48,745 bases of DNA from a virus, in IMG/VR virus record IMGVR_UViG_3300036046_000008; one strand, 5' to 3'. The notes under the pieces are model-generated. The model was given only the letters and a program-made list of their open reading frames with translations. It was not told where the DNA came from and did not search any database. The position numbers and the translations under genes were made by a program. This document shows positions 25,094-35,358 of this stretch, in pieces. The number at the start of each line of letters is the position of its first letter. Positions within the stretch are counted from its first letter, which is position 1.

Positions 25094-25783
25094 CTAACGC
25101 AACATCTCGATCAATTCAGAAGGCGCGGGAAGCTCGGGCTCAGTCTGGCTCGTTCCGTACAGAACATCCTCGACGTAAGCAAGTTTTTCGGGACTGACAC
25201 TTCGAGAAGAAACAACAAAGTAAGCCCCGGGTGCAAATATCCCCCGCTTCCGTCGATACGTATAATCGTCTTGAGGATCGAACCAAGTAAACTCATGCTT
25301 ATGATACGGAATTGTCAGCACCTGCCACTCTTTCAGAGTTGGCTCGGCAGAAGACGTCAATGTAGCATACACGGTCTCCGTCGAAAATGCTACCGCATTG
25401 TGGACGATATGAATTTTATAGCCGTAATCCTGACCGCGCGCCGCGTTTCCCACCAATGTGCGGAAAGAAAACCCAAAACGTTCTCGAGGCTGATGTGTTG
25501 CATATACCCCCGGGGCCAACTTGGCTAGACCGTCATAAGCAGCAAATCCAGCCGGGGCGGCATAGGCACCGATCCGCAGCTGGATGTCGGCACGATCGAA
25601 ATCCGTAGCAAATTTTTGTCCCTCAAAATACTTATCGGCTAGATTCTGGTTCGCGTTGATAGTATCAATCACCCGAAGGCCCGGCCATGCCACACCAGGC
25701 CCATCCGGAGGATAAAATACGCCGCGGTCGACGCCCAATTCATATGTCTTTTCATTTAACAACCCCCAAACTAACCGAGGCAT
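25094..25783 (-). CDS. tail protein, member of 3-gene paralog family
   Basis: 229 aa; same conserved blocks; GGAAGGAG RBS. Confidence 0.55.
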   Translation of the reverse strand: MPRLVWGLLNEKTYELGVDRGVFYPPDGPGVAWPGLRVIDTINANQNLADKYFEGQKFATDFDRADIQLRIGAYAAPAGFAAYDGLAKLAPGVYATHQPRERFGFSFRTLVGNAARGQDYGYKIHIVHNAVAFSTETVYATLTSSAEPTLKEWQVLTIPYHKHEFTWFDPQDDYTYRRKRGIFAPGAYFVVSSRSVSPEKLAYVEDVLYGTSQTEPELPAPSELIEMLR

Positions 25784-25796
25784 GATTTACTCCTTC

Positions 25797-26339
25797 CTAG
25801 CCTCTCGTATGGAGCGCGGCTTTACGTCGGGCGTTCAACTCGCGATTCCGCGCAAGAATATCGGACTGCCTCATCTTCTTCGGTGGCTGGGTCTTCGCAG
25901 TACACACCTTAATCAAAGTCAGTAATCGATTTAGATGCCAAGTTTCACAACTGAACGGGATCGCAAAGGAAGTCATCCAATAATAGATGACCTCGGCGGT
26001 CACGATCTCAGAATCCGATTTTTTCGGTTTTTCGGAGAACCATGTGGCTGTCATCTTCCGGTCAATGTAGTTTGTGATTGCATTGTAATGATCAGACGTT
26101 AAAAGCTTAACGAACTCCGGAGGAACGTCTTCCGGAGCCATAACCATGCAAGAGATGTACGACCGAACTTCTTCATCGGTCTTTTCAGAATTTGTAAGGA
26201 ACGGCTTTTCGTGCAGAGACTCCCATTTTGACAGGGAGAGCAGAGAGTGCTCCAACTGAAGAGTCAAACCCGGAGACGTGAAGAAGGTTTGATCGCTCTC
26301 GTTAAAGAATTCCTGTTCCGGCAACTGGATGACAAGCAC
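25797..26339 (-). CDS. hypothetical tail-module protein
   Basis: 180 aa between paralogs; basic C-terminus. Confidence 0.45.
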   Translation of the reverse strand: MLVIQLPEQEFFNESDQTFFTSPGLTLQLEHSLLSLSKWESLHEKPFLTNSEKTDEEVRSYISCMVMAPEDVPPEFVKLLTSDHYNAITNYIDRKMTATWFSEKPKKSDSEIVTAEVIYYWMTSFAIPFSCETWHLNRLLTLIKVCTAKTQPPKKMRQSDILARNRELNARRKAALHTRG

Positions 26340-26364
26340 TCTCTACTCTCCTATCGTCTGTTCT

Positions 26365-27024
26365 TTATGGTGTCACCAGGGTGATGACCTCATCCGGCAA
26401 GGGAAGCCGCGGCTCCTCCGGGACCACGTCGTCACCATAGAGAATTGCCTCGAGCTCGGCCAAGGCAGTGTCGTCTGTAGTCCGACTGTCAATCGTCAAA
26501 CTGGAGACTGGATTGTAACCAATCACGGGCACCGGAGTCGTACTAATCTCCCAACTGAAAGTAATAGCCTCTGGCGAATCATTTACGGTAGTATAGCTCT
26601 TCTCCGTCGGAGCCGCCAAGCACCCATAAACAAGATGCAGCTTGTAACCCAGAGCATTGTTCTCAAGGTCGTTACCCACGATCGTTCGATAAGACAGCCC
26701 AAACAAGCGGCGAGGTTGCTGGCCGAGGAACAAACCAGGAGTGGGCTCCGCCGAGCCATCACACTGAGCAAACTCGTCCGGGTAAGTAAAAGCTTCGATC
26801 GTGCACCCAAACTCCTCAGCAGAGATCAGGTTCAGATACTTGATGTTATCGGCATACTGAGCCGAAGCTTCAGCACCCGAAGGGGACTCAGTGACGGAAA
26901 CCAGCCCGTTCCAAGCGAACCCCGTGTCATACTCTCCTGCCGTCAGCAGATAGAGCACGCCATGGTCAACGCCGGTCTCATAGAACCTCTCTCCAGGCTG
27001 ATCCCAAGTCAGAAGCTGTGCCAT
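26365..27024 (-). CDS. tail protein, member of 3-gene paralog family (major tail subunit candidate)
   Basis: 219 aa; same conserved blocks; TAGGAGGAA RBS. Confidence 0.55.
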   Translation of the reverse strand: MAQLLTWDQPGERFYETGVDHGVLYLLTAGEYDTGFAWNGLVSVTESPSGAEASAQYADNIKYLNLISAEEFGCTIEAFTYPDEFAQCDGSAEPTPGLFLGQQPRRLFGLSYRTIVGNDLENNALGYKLHLVYGCLAAPTEKSYTTVNDSPEAITFSWEISTTPVPVIGYNPVSSLTIDSRTTDDTALAELEAILYGDDVVPEEPRLPLPDEVITLVTP

Positions 27025-27035
27025 TTCTATTCCTC

Positions 27036-27350
27036 CTAGAAATAGAGCGAGAAAACGTCATGATTCAGATTGTCGGCGGTAAAGAAAGTGTCGTGGGTAC
27101 ACCGCGGCAGCGCCGCAACGGCGCTAACAAGACTGGTATCAGGATCCCGAGCAATGATCGTTACCGTATACTGCCGCGTATGAGTATACGGGTTATTATC
27201 TGCAAAATTAGTATCCATGCGAGATCGTTTATAAATAATGCATGGGTACTGAAGCTGGATGTTTGTAGGCGGCTGAAAATAGACTTCACTCGAGCCCAGC
27301 ACTTGTTCTAACCTTTGTTGCAACTCAAGCCGTCGGGCCATTATAAACAC
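27036..27350 (-). CDS. head-tail connector-like protein
   Basis: 104 aa, position between capsid and tail genes. Confidence 0.45.
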   Translation of the reverse strand: MFIMARRLELQQRLEQVLGSSEVYFQPPTNIQLQYPCIIYKRSRMDTNFADNNPYTHTRQYTVTIIARDPDTSLVSAVAALPRCTHDTFFTADNLNHDVFSLYF

Positions 27351-27648
27351 CTCCGAGCCTAAGAAGAAGGCGGGGGCTTTGAACTTCGACCTCTGTCACA
27401 GTCCACTTAGCCCCCGCCCACTCCACGTAACGGATGGCAAAGAAGTGTTCAAATGCGTAAGGATCGGCAAGAATACTAATCGAGTTCGTTACCGAAATAT
27501 CATTGTTGAGGTATTGGCCCACGTCAGACCGTTTCACATTTCGAACAACGTCTCCAAAATATAGCCGCTCAACAATCTGATCTACCCAAACGCCGGGGGC
27601 CGTCTGGACGTTTTGCCCGTAACCGACAACCCCAGAAAACTTTGCCAT
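27325..27648 (-). CDS. head-tail connector-like protein
   Basis: 107 aa, immediately after capsid gene; GAGGAG RBS. Confidence 0.5.
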   Translation of the reverse strand: MAKFSGVVGYGQNVQTAPGVWVDQIVERLYFGDVVRNVKRSDVGQYLNNDISVTNSISILADPYAFEHFFAIRYVEWAGAKWTVTEVEVQSPRLLLRLGGVYNGPTA

Positions 27649-27669
27649 CTCAGCTCCTCAAAATATAAA

Positions 27670-29625
27670 TCAGCTTCCGGTCGGGCGGAGGTAGCTCCAC
27701 TGAGTACGACTGCCCGGCGCCACGTAGTAGCCATCGCCAGCCACGGCATAGACCGTCAGAACCTCCCCAGCGTCAAGAACCTGAGCGCCCGTGAGCTCGT
27801 CACCGTTGGAGTCCTGGTAAACCACGCCGGTCTGCGTCGGAATCGTCACCGTGTAGGTAGAGCTGTCCCACGTCGGAGCGTTTGGCTTCACCTCGTCATC
27901 GGCTGCTCCGGAGTTGCGCACAACCAGAGCCGAATGCGGCTTGTTCAGAGCGCCACACAGCCGCGCCTCGATGAGATACTTGTACTGGTTGTAATCAATA
28001 TCAAAGTCATCGAAGAGACTCGTCTGGCCGCCTCGATCGGCGCCAATAACATAGTCCGTAAGATTGACGACAACGCCAACCAGCGACGGATCAGACTCGA
28101 ACGCCTCCACCTCGACAATGTTAGCGACGCGCATCGCGGTAGCCGCCTCAGCAACGGTCTTGTAAAGGCGCTTCCCGTCGCCGTCTTTAACCAGCATGAT
28201 CTCGGAAAGGACAGTCTCAGAGGTGTAGAATGTTGGCGTACCACTGCCCTTATAGAGACGACGGGCCCGAACCAAGGCGTCAACCAGCTCCTCGTACGAG
28301 GAGTCAGCGTCACCAAGGTTGACCGTCACAGGCACTGCGAAGAACGGGTGGTCTTTCGCAATGGGACGAATATGAGTCTCGAGAATCTTGTCCTCGTCGC
28401 CCGGGTCACGCCCGTCACCAATAAAGATGGCGCGGGCAATCTCCTCCTCGAGCATCAGACGCATCTCGCCCTTCATGAACGCGACAACGTCCAGGTCCAC
28501 AATATCAATCACGTCATCGCGATCGAGCTTCTGCTTCTTATAGACGGTTTGGGGAGTGGTGACGCGGCGCGAGAGCGAGAAAAACTCTTCCTTCTTCATC
28601 GTCCCCTTGACGTAGCCCTTCGCACGAGCCTCGTCAAACTTCAGATCGGCGCTCACGGACTTAATCCGAGAGAAGGGACTCTTCCGAACCCCAGACATCA
28701 CGCCCGAAACCCACTCGGTCCGACGGGAATCAAGCTGAATCTCGCCGACCATCTTGGCGTCTGGGAACAACACGTCGAGATTCTCCACACCGTGCTGCAG
28801 AGCGTAGTTCTCGAACGCGGTACGAAGCGACCCGACGCGCTGAGCGTCTGCCACAATTGCCTGAAGATCACTGTGCGAAAGAACTGGGCCCGACGAGGGC
28901 GTGGAGTCCTGCTCGAAAACGTTACGGGTCATTTCGGTGTCACCTTCCATGTGAGAATGTGTAAGCTGGTCTTGCTCTTCGCTGTCTGCCGACTGGGCCA
29001 CATTGTCGGACTCTTCGGCTGCCTGCTCAAGCGCCGCCCCCACCATATAATGCAGGACATCCTTCTGCTCTTGAGTCATTGAGTCATAAACATCCTGAAT
29101 AGTGAGCTCCTTCTCGGAGCCACTCTCGGTTTTCTCCACGTGTGCAACCTCCGGGTTCAAAGACTCGTGTTCGAGAAGTAGTCCAGTGTAGATGACGGCC
29201 TCGTCTTCCAAATGTTCAATCTCACCGTCCGCGTGGGCAACGGCTACATAATCGATAAGGGCTCCGGGATTGGCGCCGGACAGGACCAGACTGACCTCAG
29301 TAATGGCGCCGTGCAAAACCTGCTTCGCTCGCTCGACTAGGCGATTTGCATAGATAGACATGCGGGTAATATCACCGTGCTGCACCAAAGTCTTAGCATT
29401 CAAACCAGATGGGCTTGAATTAAAGAAACCATACGCGTACATGCCATCGTCACGAGCTTCGAGAATTGCATGTCCCAAAACATTCTCAGGGGACTTATGG
29501 CCATGCTGCCAAACTAGCGGCACGCGATGCCCATCCATGTGCTTGAAAGCATCAGGCGTAATGACTCGGCCGTCGGAGCACTTGAGACCCGCCTTCGTGG
29601 CGTAACCGCTGAAATCAGCTTCCAT
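27670..29625 (-). CDS. prohead protease (HK97 family, U35-like) fused to HK97-fold major capsid protein
   Basis: About 651 aa; N-terminal VPLVWQHGH...LGHAIL protease-like block, acidic linker, capsid-like C-terminal half; ATG with GGAAGGAGA RBS. Confidence 0.6.
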   Translation of the reverse strand: MEADFSGYATKAGLKCSDGRVITPDAFKHMDGHRVPLVWQHGHKSPENVLGHAILEARDDGMYAYGFFNSSPSGLNAKTLVQHGDITRMSIYANRLVERAKQVLHGAITEVSLVLSGANPGALIDYVAVAHADGEIEHLEDEAVIYTGLLLEHESLNPEVAHVEKTESGSEKELTIQDVYDSMTQEQKDVLHYMVGAALEQAAEESDNVAQSADSEEQDQLTHSHMEGDTEMTRNVFEQDSTPSSGPVLSHSDLQAIVADAQRVGSLRTAFENYALQHGVENLDVLFPDAKMVGEIQLDSRRTEWVSGVMSGVRKSPFSRIKSVSADLKFDEARAKGYVKGTMKKEEFFSLSRRVTTPQTVYKKQKLDRDDVIDIVDLDVVAFMKGEMRLMLEEEIARAIFIGDGRDPGDEDKILETHIRPIAKDHPFFAVPVTVNLGDADSSYEELVDALVRARRLYKGSGTPTFYTSETVLSEIMLVKDGDGKRLYKTVAEAATAMRVANIVEVEAFESDPSLVGVVVNLTDYVIGADRGGQTSLFDDFDIDYNQYKYLIEARLCGALNKPHSALVVRNSGAADDEVKPNAPTWDSSTYTVTIPTQTGVVYQDSNGDELTGAQVLDAGEVLTVYAVAGDGYYVAPGSRTQWSYLRPTGS

Positions 29626-29702
29626 TTTGACTGTCTCCTTCCTGGTTAGTGTCAACGGCCTGGAGTGCCGTTTCGGATTTGATAAGACTCATTAGAACCC
29701 CT

Positions 29703-30278
29703 CTAATCACTAGGTTGCTGAGCTTTTCTCTCTCGCCGTTGGGCAGACTTTCTCTTGGCCGTTTCTAACGCCTCTTTAATTTTAACTCTCGTCTCCGCAA
29801 TTTTGCGTTCCAACTCGAGAAGTTCTTGGGAAGGGTTGGTTTTCTGTTCTTTCTCTCGAGCTTCCTTGGCCCGCTCGGCGGCTTCTTTCTTTTCCCGAGG
29901 AGTCAATTTCTCTGCTTTATCTTTAGGCGTGTTTGCGGGTTTCTTTGGCGAGGGCTTAACTTTTTCCGGGTCCTGACCCGACCGCAGTTTAGCTTCAGCA
30001 ACTAGTTTTTTTAGAACCTCATCTAAACGGGCAAGTTTTGTTTCCAAGCGCTTAATCTGCGCCTCAACGGCTTCCCTACGAACTCTGGACGCCTCCTGTC
30101 GCGCCTTCAAGTCTGATTTAAATGTTGATTGACCGCGATCTTTCGGACCCGACGGCTCGTTAGATCGCCCCGTCTTTCGCCCCTTTAACTCGCGGGTCCG
30201 TAGATAGTACTCTCGGCTTTTTTGTGGGTCATACGGCCGATCGGCATGAGCTAGGATAAATGCTTGGGCGTCGAGCAT
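29703..30278 (-). CDS. scaffolding-like protein (highly charged coiled coil)
   Basis: 191 aa, K/E/R-rich, between portal and capsid. Confidence 0.45.
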   Translation of the reverse strand: MLDAQAFILAHADRPYDPQKSREYYLRTRELKGRKTGRSNEPSGPKDRGQSTFKSDLKARQEASRVRREAVEAQIKRLETKLARLDEVLKKLVAEAKLRSGQDPEKVKPSPKKPANTPKDKAEKLTPREKKEAAERAKEAREKEQKTNPSQELLELERKIAETRVKIKEALETAKRKSAQRRERKAQQPSD

Positions 30279-30284
30279 GACAGT

Positions 30285-31577
30285 TTATCCTCCGAACTCT
30301 GCCAGTGCTGAGTCCAACGTCCCTTCGAGCGCAGCCAAAGCCGCATCGACTTCGTCCGCCTCAACATCCCCGCTTGAGGGCACCTCATCTGCGTGAGGCA
30401 TGTTACTGTTTCGGAGTTGATCCGCCTTCGGATCGAGGGCTGGACGCATTCCCAAGAGCTGCCGCACTTCATTCGACGTCAGGATCTCGTTTCGAGTGAA
30501 CTTATCGGCGAGTTCGGCCATAAGACTCACCGGAACGAGGCGGAACGGACTTGTGAAGGCCATGACAAGCTGTTTTTGTGATCGCGCGGTCTTTGTGAGG
30601 AAGGCCCGAGACATAGCTTCAGTAATCGCGGCGAGCACGGGTTCAATCGTCCGATTCATATAGTTCGTCATAGTCTTCTCGTCCGCTGTGCCATTCATCA
30701 CACTATCATTAATACCGAGCTGAGTATACAGAAGTTTTGTCAGGTACTCGACTTGTTCGAGCAAATTATTCTCAACCGGGCGATTCAACTGAACTACTTT
30801 TTCAGTGGCGTCAGTATAGGCGATTCCGTACTGGCTACGGCGCAACTGAAACTCAATATCAGTTCGACGTTGCTCCGCCTGCTGGCGCCGAGCTTCTGAC
30901 TTGATGACGTAGGGCAGTTGAATAAGCAGATCCAACTTTCCGGAACTGAACTCTTTGTCAACCGTATCCAACATGCCCAATTTCAGGATCAGTCGCTGTA
31001 AGGTGGAATTTGGTTCATTCATTACTGAATATAGCGGATTTTCAACAATTGCAACCATCCGCTTGGCTAGAACGATATCTTCCCGTCGGCCAATCTTTTC
31101 GTTATAAAGCCGGACCTGGACGTGCTCCGGGTACCAAGAAAGAATCTCACCGACCCGCAAGTTACGAATATCATAGCCACCGGTTTCGTTAGGGCTCACC
31201 GATGTTTCAACCGGAACGACCGCCGCGACACCTTTATCAAAAAGTGTAAGAGCAATGTCCTGCCGGAGCGCTCGCGCGGCTTGATCAATGTTGGCTTCAT
31301 GCCTTAGACAATAATTGAGACCGCTGTCAATCTCTTCCACAAATCGATCGTCATGATCCAAGCGCACATGTCGAATGGGATACGCCGCTACATCGACACT
31401 CATTTGCGTCAAGATAGACGAAAGCAAAGATCGCTCGTTTGCTACTACAATTCGTGTCCGATCCGGTCGCAGACTACTATACGAAACGGACACTGGCTGC
31501 TCGTATGCAGGAGGTTCCTCTGGTCTCCCGTTAAACGCATTCCATGCGTGTTTGAGTTTACTAGAAATAAGCGCCAT
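30285..31577 (-). CDS. portal protein (candidate)
   Basis: 430 aa; position between terminase and scaffold/capsid; acidic C-terminus. Confidence 0.5.
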   Translation of the reverse strand: MALISSKLKHAWNAFNGRPEEPPAYEQPVSVSYSSLRPDRTRIVVANERSLLSSILTQMSVDVAAYPIRHVRLDHDDRFVEEIDSGLNYCLRHEANIDQAARALRQDIALTLFDKGVAAVVPVETSVSPNETGGYDIRNLRVGEILSWYPEHVQVRLYNEKIGRREDIVLAKRMVAIVENPLYSVMNEPNSTLQRLILKLGMLDTVDKEFSSGKLDLLIQLPYVIKSEARRQQAEQRRTDIEFQLRRSQYGIAYTDATEKVVQLNRPVENNLLEQVEYLTKLLYTQLGINDSVMNGTADEKTMTNYMNRTIEPVLAAITEAMSRAFLTKTARSQKQLVMAFTSPFRLVPVSLMAELADKFTRNEILTSNEVRQLLGMRPALDPKADQLRNSNMPHADEVPSSGDVEADEVDAALAALEGTLDSALAEFGG

Positions 31578-31616
31578 TCTTCACCTCCCTTCCTTACAAC
31601 CGCCGTCTACCCTGGA

Positions 31617-32489
31617 TTACCGTCTGGGCCGAGTTGCACCAACCACAAACAGCGCGGCCCCCGCCCCTAGAAGCCATTTTTCGCCTGTTGTACGTCTCTG
31701 AGCAATTTTGAGTTCGGGCGAATTAGCAAATTCCTTGGCGTCACGACGCAAAATGCGGAAGGCCTCTTTTCTCCCGCCAGTAACTAGCGATTTATAAAAA
31801 TTCAATTCGTTCCGAAGAGACCGAACTTGATACGCTTGGACTGTTTTCCGGGCAGCCAAAATTTCGGCGTCCCGAGCCTGTCTCCTTTGCGCACGAGTCG
31901 GGCCGGATGGGCCGCTAGATGACGCTCGATCCTTTCTCACGCCCCAGCGCATTCCTTTGACCCCGTAATGCGCGAGCTCTTCTGAAAAACGTTGGGCCTC
32001 ATTTGCCGACGGTTCAGAATCCATGCCAAGTCCTTTCGTCAAGGTAAACAGAGGTTCATACCTAAATTTTCGATTGGAGATTTCTGTTAAACTTTCGCCC
32101 CTGGCCATTCCTTTAACGCCGTAATGAGCCAATGAGCTATCCGACAGACTCCGCACGGATTCAGGTACAGGCTGAACCATCTGCTCATAAAGCTTCACAA
32201 GCGTTCGCGCCGCTTTTGTTTTCTCGTCTTTCGTCGCCTGCAAAGGCGCACGAGCTCCTGCAAGTGCAGCCGCAGCCGCAAATATTGCGTTCTTATTCAG
32301 CACGCCGCTGGGCGTCTTCACTGGCAGCTTGCATTGGGCTTTGGAGCGCAATTCATTCCGAGCCGGACGAATCAAACACGCCTCATACCATTGCTCTAGA
32401 GTGTAATCAGACGGCGAATATCTGATCCAGGGGGGTAGTGTCCACCAACTTTCCTCCTTACGCAATAGCAATAGACCATCCCGTGCCAT
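31617..32489 (-). CDS. head-module protein with two LAHYGVKGM(R)WG motifs and C-terminal TM (start uncertain)
   Basis: Track ORF 31617..32597; N-terminal 36 codons look non-coding and overlap 32458..33195; motif repeated at aa about 158 and 193 of track ORF. Confidence 0.45.
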   Translation of the reverse strand: MARDGLLLLRKEESWWTLPPWIRYSPSDYTLEQWYEACLIRPARNELRSKAQCKLPVKTPSGVLNKNAIFAAAAALAGARAPLQATKDEKTKAARTLVKLYEQMVQPVPESVRSLSDSSLAHYGVKGMARGESLTEISNRKFRYEPLFTLTKGLGMDSEPSANEAQRFSEELAHYGVKGMRWGVRKDRASSSGPSGPTRAQRRQARDAEILAARKTVQAYQVRSLRNELNFYKSLVTGGRKEAFRILRRDAKEFANSPELKIAQRRTTGEKWLLGAGAALFVVGATRPRR

Positions 32490-33195
32490 TACCTGACGAA
32501 GCCGACCAGGTGACACTAGCAGCGGGAATTGTTCCGGCAGAGGAAATAGGCGCCTGCGCGGCAACCGCATGGGCGCTCGATCCAGACGACGCGGCAAGAG
32601 CCTGATTTATTAAGGTGTGACCGGCTGGCAGAGTAACGGACGTCGACTTATTGTCTTTGCGAACCCAAAGTCTAACCAACAGCCCTTCGCCGTCGGCCGT
32701 GACCGCTGGGGCGGGCGCTACCGTGTTCGTATCTGGCTGGTTTTGGGTAGATCGAACAAACGACGTCAGGTTACGCACAGCCACGCAAACGTGGCTACAT
32801 TTTCGACTAGCAGAAAGAGACCAAGACGGCATCTCAAGGCCGTCAAAATATGTTGCTACATAAAGCGCTCTTTGGGTGGTCCCCTGGTTTGAAAGCAAAT
32901 TATCCTCAGTCCAATCCGAATGGTCGGACGTTACGGTCACACCACCCGAAGAATCAGATACTGACATCCCGCACACCAACCAGTCTCCATCCTGCAGACC
33001 GGAAGGAAGATCGGGGGTATAAGATGTTAAAAAGTTTGTGGCAGACGCAGACGAGCCTACAACGATAGGCTCGGTAGGAGGCTCCGGCTCTTCGCCGCTC
33101 TCATAAATAAGATTAGTCCCCACATAAGCCTTTAGAAGAGGAGAAGTTCCCGCGTACATTGCGGTCACACTCGAACTACCAGCACGAACAGTCAT
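32458..33195 (-). CDS. hypothetical Ser/Thr-rich protein
   Basis: 245 aa; ATGA overlap with terminase stop. Confidence 0.5.
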   Translation of the reverse strand: MTVRAGSSSVTAMYAGTSPLLKAYVGTNLIYESGEEPEPPTEPIVVGSSASATNFLTSYTPDLPSGLQDGDWLVCGMSVSDSSGGVTVTSDHSDWTEDNLLSNQGTTQRALYVATYFDGLEMPSWSLSASRKCSHVCVAVRNLTSFVRSTQNQPDTNTVAPAPAVTADGEGLLVRLWVRKDNKSTSVTLPAGHTLINQALAASSGSSAHAVAAQAPISSAGTIPAASVTWSASSGNGTGWSIAIA

Positions 33196-34937
33196 TCGAA
33201 CAACCCCTTATGAACTTTGTAAGCTACGTAGGCATCCAGCAAGGCCGAGAAATTATCGATTTTTGCATCTTTTCGCTTCTTGTAGAGCTTGCGATTGCCG
33301 TTCGTGTCTTCCAATGTTACCGCATTGCCCATCGCAAACGACATCAGTAACTCATCAAATATAAGCAATCGCTCATCCGCAAGATTTCGTAACTCGCCAA
33401 GCGGAACTGATTCGGTACGGACGCCCTGCGGAACTTTCTCCACACCAAACGGACCATTTTCTGAGATCCATCGATCAATGAACTCTTTCGCATTATACGG
33501 GTCATACCCTACCGCCCGAATATCGTAGTCTTGAGCGGCAATAAACTCATCGAGGTCTTCATAAACTTCCATCAGATCAAGAACCGCTCCATCTAAAACA
33601 TGGAGACTACCCTCAGAAATAAACTCGTCGTACTTCAGACGCATTGCCGCTGGAAGCTTCATCATTGTTAAAGAGGTAATATAACTACGAGTCTTGACGC
33701 CCCACGAACCATCCCGTAACGGGAATAAAAACGTAAAAGCACAGAAATCGTCGCCTTGGGAAAGATCGACGCCCATACTACAGGCCATCTTCCAGAAAGT
33801 CCGCGACGAATGCGGCAACGTCTGTTCGTAAGTGAAGAAGTAAGTGAACCCCTCCATGGGAATACCAAAACGCTTCGCTAAAATATCGTTTCGAGCAGCG
33901 GGCACCTTTTCAGCTCGCTCTACATCCAAATGATACGTGTCATAGCTTACCGTGATGCCAAGATTGGGGTTAGCTTTTACCCAAAGCTCCGGGTGATTTA
34001 CCTCGTCGAGAGTATCAAGTTTATAATGCCAAATCGAAACATGAGGCGCATAATACTCCCCTTTGAGAATTGATGCAAGTTCAAGCTTAACAGTGTCGCC
34101 CGAGCCGTTCCGCACCGTTCCTTCAGAACTAATCGCAACGATAACATAATCGTCAATTTTAGACGCACCTTGCTCCAGCGCCCCGATAATATCTTCGCGC
34201 AAATCGCCGGACAACCACTCGTCAATTGTATTAACTTTCGATCGAAGCCCTTGAACTTTATCAATGGTCATCGGGCGAATCTCGAGAAGCGAACCCGTCA
34301 AGAAATTCTCGATCCCGCGTTTGGTTGCGACGAGTTTCTGTCTGAGAGCACGATTACCAGTAGTGTTCTGAAGCGAGCCCTCGGTCAAAAACTTGAACAA
34401 AGGGCCACGGGCCCGAACAATGGACGTACGGATAGGAGACAAGACCTCTTCGGCTTGTTTCATCGTAAGCGCAGTTGTCACTTGATGCGTAGTGGTTGGG
34501 TCCACATTTAAAAAATAACTTTGAATGACGGAGGCGTACATAGACTTGGCTGCGCCCCGCGCCACGATCAAATACTGTTTATTTGTCAAGCGTTTCTTGA
34601 TAACCTTATGAACATAGTGACCGCCGCGCCCGTCTTCGTTAGGCTGATAGACGGTGCGATCCACAAAATAATACCATCCTAGTAACTGTTCAACCCAAAC
34701 TTTAAAAGAAAGCATAAGCCACAAATTACGCCCATCAGTCAGAGTCAGTTCATTCTCGCAATAACGAATAAAGCCCTCGACCGGCCCGTCGTCGTAATAA
34801 ATATTAGGGTTTGCAATAAGCTCGTCAATCCGGTTCATCTCAAGCGAAATTTCCCGATTCACAGGGATCTCGCCTCGGAGCACCGCGGATCTAAATTCAT
34901 CATAATATACGGGAACCGCAGTATTAGACAAGCTCAT
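33192..34937 (-). CDS. terminase large subunit
   Basis: 581 aa; N-terminal ATPase-like region (LIVARGAAKS) and C-terminal nuclease-like region; AGGTGGTGA RBS. Confidence 0.75.
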   Translation of the reverse strand: MSLSNTAVPVYYDEFRSAVLRGEIPVNREISLEMNRIDELIANPNIYYDDGPVEGFIRYCENELTLTDGRNLWLMLSFKVWVEQLLGWYYFVDRTVYQPNEDGRGGHYVHKVIKKRLTNKQYLIVARGAAKSMYASVIQSYFLNVDPTTTHQVTTALTMKQAEEVLSPIRTSIVRARGPLFKFLTEGSLQNTTGNRALRQKLVATKRGIENFLTGSLLEIRPMTIDKVQGLRSKVNTIDEWLSGDLREDIIGALEQGASKIDDYVIVAISSEGTVRNGSGDTVKLELASILKGEYYAPHVSIWHYKLDTLDEVNHPELWVKANPNLGITVSYDTYHLDVERAEKVPAARNDILAKRFGIPMEGFTYFFTYEQTLPHSSRTFWKMACSMGVDLSQGDDFCAFTFLFPLRDGSWGVKTRSYITSLTMMKLPAAMRLKYDEFISEGSLHVLDGAVLDLMEVYEDLDEFIAAQDYDIRAVGYDPYNAKEFIDRWISENGPFGVEKVPQGVRTESVPLGELRNLADERLLIFDELLMSFAMGNAVTLEDTNGNRKLYKKRKDAKIDNFSALLDAYVAYKVHKGLFE

Positions 34938-34947
34938 TGGTCACCAC

Positions 34948-35358
34948 CTAACCCTTTTTTTTCTGCAACGCCGCTTCTACCTGCGCGTTGAGAGCTTTTG
35001 TTCCCTGCGCAGTGACAACACCCTTAAGAATTTGCTTCCCTGAGTCGAGTGTGATCTCACGCACAAATTTTTGCCCCTCTTTTTTAAATCGACTTCCCCG
35101 GGAAGCACTACGATCAGCTGCCCTCCCAACAAGCTCATTATAAGTTCGTTCTAGCTGGAGACGACGATTAAACGCTTCCAATTCTTTGTTTGAGAGCGGG
35201 TCGGTACTCCCACGATTACGACGAATTTTGTCTGTTGTAGCTTTAACCGCAACTACATCAGGTGAATCGGAGTCGATTTGGGCACGAGTTCGACGAACGC
35301 CCCACTTCATACCTTTGATGCCGTAGTGAGCCAGAATATCAGAATCAGCCATTGTCAC
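34948..35358 (-). CDS. hypothetical protein with N-terminal AHYGIKGMKWG motif (terminase small subunit position)
   Basis: 136 aa immediately upstream of terminase large subunit; motif shared with 31617..32489 and the N-terminus of 44540..47221. Confidence 0.45.
   Translation of the reverse strand: MTMADSDILAHYGIKGMKWGVRRTRAQIDSDSPDVVAVKATTDKIRRNRGSTDPLSNKELEAFNRRLQLERTYNELVGRAADRSASRGSRFKKEGQKFVREITLDSGKQILKGVVTAQGTKALNAQVEAALQKKKG

Noticed and set aside
31617-32597. Full-length 326-aa version of the HYG-motif ORF
   Set aside because: First about 36 codons are Arg/Pro/Leu-rich, overlap the 3' end of 32458..33195 and look non-coding; a downstream start is more plausible but remains uncertain.
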